This document shows positions 58,510 to 64,000 of a stretch of 64,000 bases of DNA, in pieces. The translations under genes were made by a program, and so were the position numbers. How positions within the stretch are numbered: position 1 is the stretch's first letter; every line of letters begins with the position of its first letter. The notes under the pieces were generated by a model. That model did no database searches. It had not been told where the DNA came from and saw only the letters and a list, made by a program, of their open reading frames with translations. This DNA is from an uncultured virus (IMG/VR IMGVR_UViG_3300027212_000008) (lineage: Duplodnaviria; Heunggongvirae; Uroviricota; Caudoviricetes; Crassvirales): the IMG/VR virus record IMGVR_UViG_3300027212_000008; one strand, given 5' to 3'.

Positions 58510-59823
58510 ATGTTAAGAAAAGCAAACAATGTATTTAGCGTATTGCTAAATGACGCTTCTAAATTAACTTCAGCGTTACCAGCAACAACTGCAGGTGTAG
58601 TTGTAACTGATGCAAATCTTGAATCAGGAGCAATCGTTGTAACAGATTTAGGATTGCAGAGATTAAGTGCTGCTGAATACACAGCATTAGCTAACAGTGA
58701 CCAATTTCTTGTAGTACAAGGAAAAGGTGTTGGAAAACCTCTTATGAAGTCTCCAGTTTTAACTAAAGGTAAGATTAAGTTAACTGCAGCTCGTTTTAAA
58801 GCAGCTGTTCAACAAGTAACTACAATTGGTTATAACGGAACTACAGGAGTACTTCCTACAGCAAACAATACTTCTTATTTTATTAAAATTAGAAAAAGAG
58901 ATAATGATGCTGCTAACCGTTCTCAACCAATGAGTTTATTTGCAGGTCCAGTTAAGACTGACGCTACAGGTACTCAAGAAGAATTGGCTTTCTTGTTGGC
59001 AGTTAATGGTTTAAAGAACTTTAAAGATGAGCCTGCAAATGGTTACTTGAAATTTGAAGTAATTTCTAACGGAACTCTTGCAGCTATTGGTGCAACTACT
59101 TTAGCAGCTACTGTAGGTTCTAGATTAGTAACTTATTCTGCAGCACACTCTTTAGTAGTAGGTGATTTAATATTTATTGCTGGAGCAACTTATAAAGTAG
59201 CAGTAGTTCCTTCTGCAACTACAATAACTTTAAACTTTGCATTCCAAGGTACAACTGTAACAGCTTTAGCAACAGGTACTACTTACGCAACTACTCACGG
59301 TTTATTAACTGTGCCTACTGCTTTTGGTATCCGTCTTACAGGTAAACCAGCACCGTTTGATGTAAATCAATTCCGTGATTATTATGCTAATCGTTTTACT
59401 GCAACTTTCTCTGATAGTTCAACTTTGAATACAGCAACTACAGGAGCTCGTAACGGTAACGGTGTATGGCAACAAGTTGCTATGGATGAGTACATGAACT
59501 ATGGTTTTGAAGGTCAAAACAATCAGTTAGCTACTCCTTCTGTTCCTCGTGACCAAGTAGTTAAAATCCCTGGTGTAGGAACTGCAACAGCTTTAACTTC
59601 TAAGTATTGCGCTTTAAACATTGCTTGGGAAGAGTCAATTGGTACTCTAGTAACTATGGCAGGTGGAAAAGGTAACGTAGTAGTTTATGTTAATCTTACA
59701 GATAGTGCAGGTTTAGGAAAAATTTCTACTCCAACAACTACTACAGGAAATGAGTTTATCACAGTATTTGGAGGTCCTACTGCTTTTGGCGTAGCTGCAC
59801 TTACAGACTTGGATGAGCAATAA
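58510..59823 (+). CDS. Abundant virion structural protein (auxiliary capsid-like)
   Basis: Ala/Thr/Gly-rich, 437 aa, inserted small beta domain (HSLVVGD), followed by a strong hairpin. Confidence 0.65.
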   Translation: MLRKANNVFSVLLNDASKLTSALPATTAGVVVTDANLESGAIVVTDLGLQRLSAAEYTALANSDQFLVVQGKGVGKPLMKSPVLTKGKIKLTAARFKAAVQQVTTIGYNGTTGVLPTANNTSYFIKIRKRDNDAANRSQPMSLFAGPVKTDATGTQEELAFLLAVNGLKNFKDEPANGYLKFEVISNGTLAAIGATTLAATVGSRLVTYSAAHSLVVGDLIFIAGATYKVAVVPSATTITLNFAFQGTTVTALATGTTYATTHGLLTVPTAFGIRLTGKPAPFDVNQFRDYYANRFTATFSDSSTLNTATTGARNGNGVWQQVAMDEYMNYGFEGQNNQLATPSVPRDQVVKIPGVGTATALTSKYCALNIAWEESIGTLVTMAGGKGNVVVYVNLTDSAGLGKISTPTTTTGNEFITVFGGPTAFGVAALTDLDEQ

Positions 59824-59843
59824 AATGTAATTCTCCAACCCTC

Positions 59844-59900
59844 AGTAGCCCGTCACGAAATTTTGCTGTCGAGTGATGGGCTACTATATTTATTTTTATT
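59844..59900 (+). terminator. Terminator-like hairpin with a 16-nt loop
   Basis: 13-bp stem agtagcccgtcac/gtgatgggctact followed by a T-rich tract. Confidence 0.75.
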
Positions 59901-59923
59901 ACCTTTACTAAAATTTCAATCCT

Positions 59924-60754
59924 ATGAGTTTACTTCCTCAAATATCTTTATCATTAGGAAACAAATGTAACACTGTAACCATTGAAGAGTTAACAGGTTT
60001 ATTTGTAACTGATACCAACATAGGAGGTTGGGGAGGCCCTAATATTGATACTAGTGTTATAACTTATGCAGCAGTTAATGTATTTCCTTACACAGGAAGT
60101 GTTATTTCAGCATCGGGCACAGGAGAAATCACAGGAACTCTATTTACAGACACTACTCATATTTCAGGATTATTTCAAATAGGACAACAACTTATTGGTA
60201 CGGGAGTTCTACCTGGAACTACTATCATAGCAGTTATTACAGGCACAGGAAATAACAACGGAGGAACTTATATTGTAAACTACTCTCAAACAGTATTACC
60301 AACTACTATCGCAGGTATACCTGTATTAGCTTCTTATCCATTATTTGATGGTACAGTTGACGTATTCTCAGGATTACCTTCTGCACCAACTCCATCACCT
60401 TTTATAGCACTTCAAGACCAACCTTGGTCTAACGTTGACGGAATTTATGAAATTGTTTATACAGTCACAGACGGTGTAGATGTTTATACTAATGAAACTC
60501 AACATGAATTGTTCATTTGTAATTTATGTAATTGCAAAGATAGTTTAGTAATTAAACTTATTGATGCTTGTTCTACTATCGCTGTTAAAGCTTTAAAAGA
60601 ACAAGTTGATCAAATGGAAGTATTTATTTACGGAATCCAATCAGCATTCAGCTGTGGGGATTTTGATACTGCTGAGAATATTATCACAGCAGCAACTAAT
60701 TATTGTACAACAATATCTAACTGCAGCGGTTGTGGCTGTGGAGGAAATTGCTAA
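59924..60754 (+). CDS. Virion structural protein with a Cys-rich C-terminus
   Basis: DGIYEIVY motif; Gly/Thr-rich inserted beta segment; CSGCGCGGNC end. Confidence 0.65.
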   Translation: MSLLPQISLSLGNKCNTVTIEELTGLFVTDTNIGGWGGPNIDTSVITYAAVNVFPYTGSVISASGTGEITGTLFTDTTHISGLFQIGQQLIGTGVLPGTTIIAVITGTGNNNGGTYIVNYSQTVLPTTIAGIPVLASYPLFDGTVDVFSGLPSAPTPSPFIALQDQPWSNVDGIYEIVYTVTDGVDVYTNETQHELFICNLCNCKDSLVIKLIDACSTIAVKALKEQVDQMEVFIYGIQSAFSCGDFDTAENIITAATNYCTTISNCSGCGCGGNC

Positions 60755-60766
60755 AAATTATAAATT

Positions 60767-61297
60767 ATGGGTGGATGTAAAGATTGTAAAGGTATAACAC
60801 TTTTTAAAGGAGCTGACGGACGAGGTATTGTTTCTATTACAGATAATGGAGACGGTACTTTAACTGTGCTTTATACAGATGGGACTATTTATATTACTCC
60901 TGATTTTACAGGTCCACAAGGAATCCAAGGAATCCAAGGATTACCAGGAACTAATGGTACTAATGGTACAAACGGAACCAATGGTACTAATGGGGTAGAT
61001 GCTCCTGTTCAAGTTGTAGATATTGGTGTGTGGGATATGGATATTACAGACTCTGTAACTGTTCCACATGGATTGACTCTTTTAAGTATTAGAGCTGTTG
61101 ACGCATTAATTTATGATACTGATGGCAACTTTAAATATAGATTAGATTATCTTGATGGTGCAAATGTACAAGCAGGATCGGTAGGCGCTATAAATAGTAC
61201 TACGGTAGAATTACGCAGACTACGAGGAGGATTTTTTGATTCTATTAATTTTTCAGGAATAGGTAATAGAGGTTACCTAGTAATTAGATACGTATAA
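60767..61297 (+). CDS. Short collagen-repeat structural/fibre protein
   Basis: GPQGIQGIQGLP(GTN)5 at about 60911-60999. Confidence 0.75.
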   Translation: MGGCKDCKGITLFKGADGRGIVSITDNGDGTLTVLYTDGTIYITPDFTGPQGIQGIQGLPGTNGTNGTNGTNGTNGVDAPVQVVDIGVWDMDITDSVTVPHGLTLLSIRAVDALIYDTDGNFKYRLDYLDGANVQAGSVGAINSTTVELRRLRGGFFDSINFSGIGNRGYLVIRYV

Positions 61298-61317
61298 CTT
61301 TACTATTATAGATTTTA

Positions 61318-61599
61318 ATGTGCACTCCTACTTACATAGAAATTACAGAAGATATTAATCCAGATATTTTATGCTTCTTTAAATTAGTTTGGCAAGAACA
61401 ATGTGATTTTGCTCAATGCGTTTATAACTATGTACAATTATTACAATTTGGGGCAGCACCTTGCGATGCCTTAGACGAACTAATGAATAAAAGAAGAGCT
61501 CTAGAAATTCTTAACTGCTATGATGTTAGAGATATTCCTGATAATACTACAGATTATAATATCTTAACTTACGCACAAATTAAAAAATTATTAAATTAA
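61318..61599 (+). CDS. Hypothetical protein
   Basis: 93-aa ORF in the structural block. Confidence 0.65.
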   Translation: MCTPTYIEITEDINPDILCFFKLVWQEQCDFAQCVYNYVQLLQFGAAPCDALDELMNKRRALEILNCYDVRDIPDNTTDYNILTYAQIKKLLN

Positions 61600-61604
61600 C
61601 TACT

Positions 61605-62129
61605 ATGATAACTTACGAAATAAAAATACCAATTACTGCAGATATTAGAGAAATCTTCTTTAATAGAAATACTAATAAATTATCCTATAAAAACGATTTA
61701 GGAATTATTTTTCCTTTAGATCCTGTAGCAACAAGTACTCCTACATTACAACAAGTATTAACTGCAGGTAAAACATTAACAAATGATGCTAACTTTCAAG
61801 GAATAAATGCAGGTTTAAATAATACAGGAGTGCATATAGTAGGATTAGGAGAAAGTGCTGGTAGTGATAATACAGGTTCCTCTAATGTATTTTTAGGATG
61901 GGCAGCAGGAGCTTCTAATACAGGAAGTAATGTAGTTTCTTTAGGACTTTTTGCAGGAATAGGTAATACTCAATCAAGTAGATTTATAGTAGCTAACACA
62001 GAGATGCCCACTTTTGCTAACCATGCTGCAGCTGCTTTAGCAATTACTGTTCCTTTAGGAGCAAGTGCTGGAAGCACGTACATGTATCACAATCAGGCTA
62101 CCAACAGTATAGGAGCAGTTAGATTATAA
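61605..62129 (+). CDS. Fibre/spike-like structural protein
   Basis: TPTLQQVL and G..AG..NTG beta-helix-like repeats. Confidence 0.7.
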   Translation: MITYEIKIPITADIREIFFNRNTNKLSYKNDLGIIFPLDPVATSTPTLQQVLTAGKTLTNDANFQGINAGLNNTGVHIVGLGESAGSDNTGSSNVFLGWAAGASNTGSNVVSLGLFAGIGNTQSSRFIVANTEMPTFANHAAAALAITVPLGASAGSTYMYHNQATNSIGAVRL

Positions 62130-62155
62130 TTATTAAATAATTAATAAACAATATT

Positions 62156-62506
62156 ATGTCACAAAGAGAAGTAGCCATAACAGGTGGTCCTAGTAATACC
62201 AAAGCAATGGTAACTGGGCAAGAAGAGTTATTAGTTAAAGTTAATGCTTTAACTCTAACAGGATCTAACCTAGACGCAAAAACAAGAACTTCTAATATTC
62301 TTAGAACTACTACTACTGGAACAATTGCTGCAGGAGCTTATAGTGTTTCTTTTGCAAACACTAACACAGTAAATGCTACCGTTAAAACTGTTATTTTAAA
62401 ACCAGGAGAAACTATTAATTTTGATGCAGGAGCTATGAACAATACCTTAGATGCTATTCCTTATGTAGCAACAGGTACTGAGTTACTTATTATTTCTATT
62501 ACATAA
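62156..62506 (+). CDS. Small structural protein
   Basis: 116 aa, Thr-rich beta protein. Confidence 0.65.
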   Translation: MSQREVAITGGPSNTKAMVTGQEELLVKVNALTLTGSNLDAKTRTSNILRTTTTGTIAAGAYSVSFANTNTVNATVKTVILKPGETINFDAGAMNNTLDAIPYVATGTELLIISIT

Positions 62507-62508
62507 TA

Positions 62509-63060
62509 ATGTCTACACATATAGACATATCTCCTAACTCATTTGGGTATTTAACTAGACTATATAGTCAGACTAATTCTAGTACTCCTATAACTGCTAC
62601 CGTATCTGAACTATCATTATTAGATGGTGGAGTTGGTAGTAAGGTAATTCCTGCTAATGGATTCCAAGTAGGAGATAGTTTTAGAGCTGTACTTATTGGA
62701 CACATATCTTCAGCTAATAATGAAACATTAAGAATTAGAGTTAAGGCTGGTAGTATAGTTTTAGCAGATACCTTAGCTATGACGCTTCCTGCTACCGCTT
62801 CTAAACATTGGAAATTAGAAATAGATTTTACAATTAGAACTATTGGAGCAGCAGGAGTAGCATCTATTGCTTCAGGAGGAATGTTTACTTATTCTAAAAC
62901 AGCAAGTGCTGCATTTGAAGGAGTAGGGTTTAGTGGTATTAATAATACAACTTTTGATACTACTATTTCTAATGAATTATTTGTAACAGGACAATGGGGT
63001 AGTACCAATTCTACTAATTCTATATTCTCAGAAATATTTACTTTAACAAAAACTTACTAA
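62509..63060 (+). CDS. Structural protein
   Basis: 183 aa, beta-rich, coupled to neighbours. Confidence 0.7.
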   Translation: MSTHIDISPNSFGYLTRLYSQTNSSTPITATVSELSLLDGGVGSKVIPANGFQVGDSFRAVLIGHISSANNETLRIRVKAGSIVLADTLAMTLPATASKHWKLEIDFTIRTIGAAGVASIASGGMFTYSKTASAAFEGVGFSGINNTTFDTTISNELFVTGQWGSTNSTNSIFSEIFTLTKTY

Positions 63061-64000
63061 TGAGTACACAAATTCAGATAACTCCTGCTTCAGGTTTAAC
63101 GATAGGAACTACTGCTATTACTTCGGGAACAGTAGGGAGAATTTTGTTTGATGGAACTGGTAGTGTAGTTCAAGAAGATTCAAACTTATTTTGGGATAAC
63201 ACAAATAAACGTTTAGGAATTGGTGCAACTCCTTCAACTTCTGTAAGGTTAGATGTAAGGTCGCAAGGTGCGTTATCAACTGATATAGCTTTTAGAGTTA
63301 GGAATAGTGCGGACACAAAAAATCTTATAACCGTTAGAGGAGACAAAACGATTGAATTAATAGCCGATACACCTGCAACAAATGGAGGTATTTCTATCAC
63401 GTCAAGTGCATACAATGAGCCTATAATAAATATGTATGACTCTTTTGCAAATAAAAAATTAATCATAGACACTTCCAACGCATTAATAAATTTAGGCGGA
63501 AATGGGAATATTAAAATTGGCTCATTAACCACAGCAAATAGTTATTTAGGATTAGTTACTCCAACAACAAATAACAGATTTCTTAAGCTTGTTGATAATT
63601 TTGCCAATGAATATTTATCTTTGGGTGGAAATGCTTATGATGGTACGGGTGGAATTTCTCTAACTTTAAAAACCACTACAAACACTGGGGCTACTTTTGT
63701 AACATTCTCAAAATCCGACAACACTAATAAAGTTGTAATAACCGACCAAGCAAATGTTGGAATAGGTCAAGCAACATTCGGAACATCCTCAAAGTTTGTT
63801 TTAGCAATTGCAAATGGAACAGCCCCAACAACTTCACCAGCTGATGCTTTTCAACAATACTCAGCTGACATCGTAGCAGGAAACGCTGCCCCCCACTTTA
63901 TGACTGAAAATGGAGGAATAATTAAACTTTATCAACAAGCAACGGGAGGTACAGCTTCTACCTTTGTTGCAAACACATCATTAATAGCAAATGACACAGC
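63060..64000 (+). CDS. Tail fibre-like protein (3'-truncated; not in the ORF track)
   Basis: ATG at 63060: MSTQIQITPASGLTIGTTAITSGTVGRILFDG...LFWDNTNKRLGIG...; appears open to the window end. Confidence 0.8.
   Translation, partial: MSTQIQITPASGLTIGTTAITSGTVGRILFDGTGSVVQEDSNLFWDNTNKRLGIGATPSTSVRLDVRSQGALSTDIAFRVRNSADTKNLITVRGDKTIELIADTPATNGGISITSSAYNEPIINMYDSFANKKLIIDTSNALINLGGNGNIKIGSLTTANSYLGLVTPTTNNRFLKLVDNFANEYLSLGGNAYDGTGGISLTLKTTTNTGATFVTFSKSDNTNKVVITDQANVGIGQATFGTSSKFVLAIANGTAPTTSPADAFQQYSADIVAGNAAPHFMTENGGIIKLYQQATGGTASTFVANTSLIANDT

Noticed and set aside
60911..60999. Tandem 9-bp repeats as a contingency locus
   Set aside because: Explained by collagen Gly-X-Y coding, with synonymous variation between units
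1..64000. Stop-codon reassignment, known in some crAss-like phages
   Set aside because: All long genes are intact in the standard code, TAG and TGA terminate genes at coupled junctions, and no suppressor tRNA is seen
59924..64000. Diversity-generating retroelement targeting fibre genes
   Set aside because: No reverse transcriptase and no template/variable repeat pair seen in this window

Overview
This window is an AT-rich, standard-code segment of a crAss-like phage (Crassvirales, phi14:2-like organisation), probably infecting an environmental Bacteroidota host; that host assignment is an inference. It has three blocks. (1) 1-15004, + strand: the 5'-truncated giant virion RNA polymerase gene (DFDID catalytic motif) and a second giant virion cargo gene. 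(2) 15069-45100, - strand: a replication/repair module (PolA, SF2 and DnaB helicases, primase, AAA_24 ATPase, PD-(D/E)xK nuclease, RusA-like resolvase, UDG-like, MazG-like, MoxR-vWA) followed by many small accessory genes and structured intergenic segments. (3) 45693-64000, + strand: exonuclease, DNA-binding proteins, large terminase, portal, scaffold-like protein, major capsid protein, head-tail/tail proteins and a 3'-truncated fibre gene. The best supported non-obvious features are: a group I intron with a GIY-YIG endonuclease splitting the MoxR ATPase (both splice sites resolved); an array of mini-genes joined by a repeated 17-bp stop/start junction; a hairpin whose loop is antisense to the translation-start regions of two capsid-module genes; a repeat-flanked domain cassette at the RNAP C-terminus; a tRNA-like RNA with an aberrant anticodon arm; and a cluster of multibranch RNA-like elements near the strand switch. 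All family assignments come from motif recognition and synteny, not database searches.
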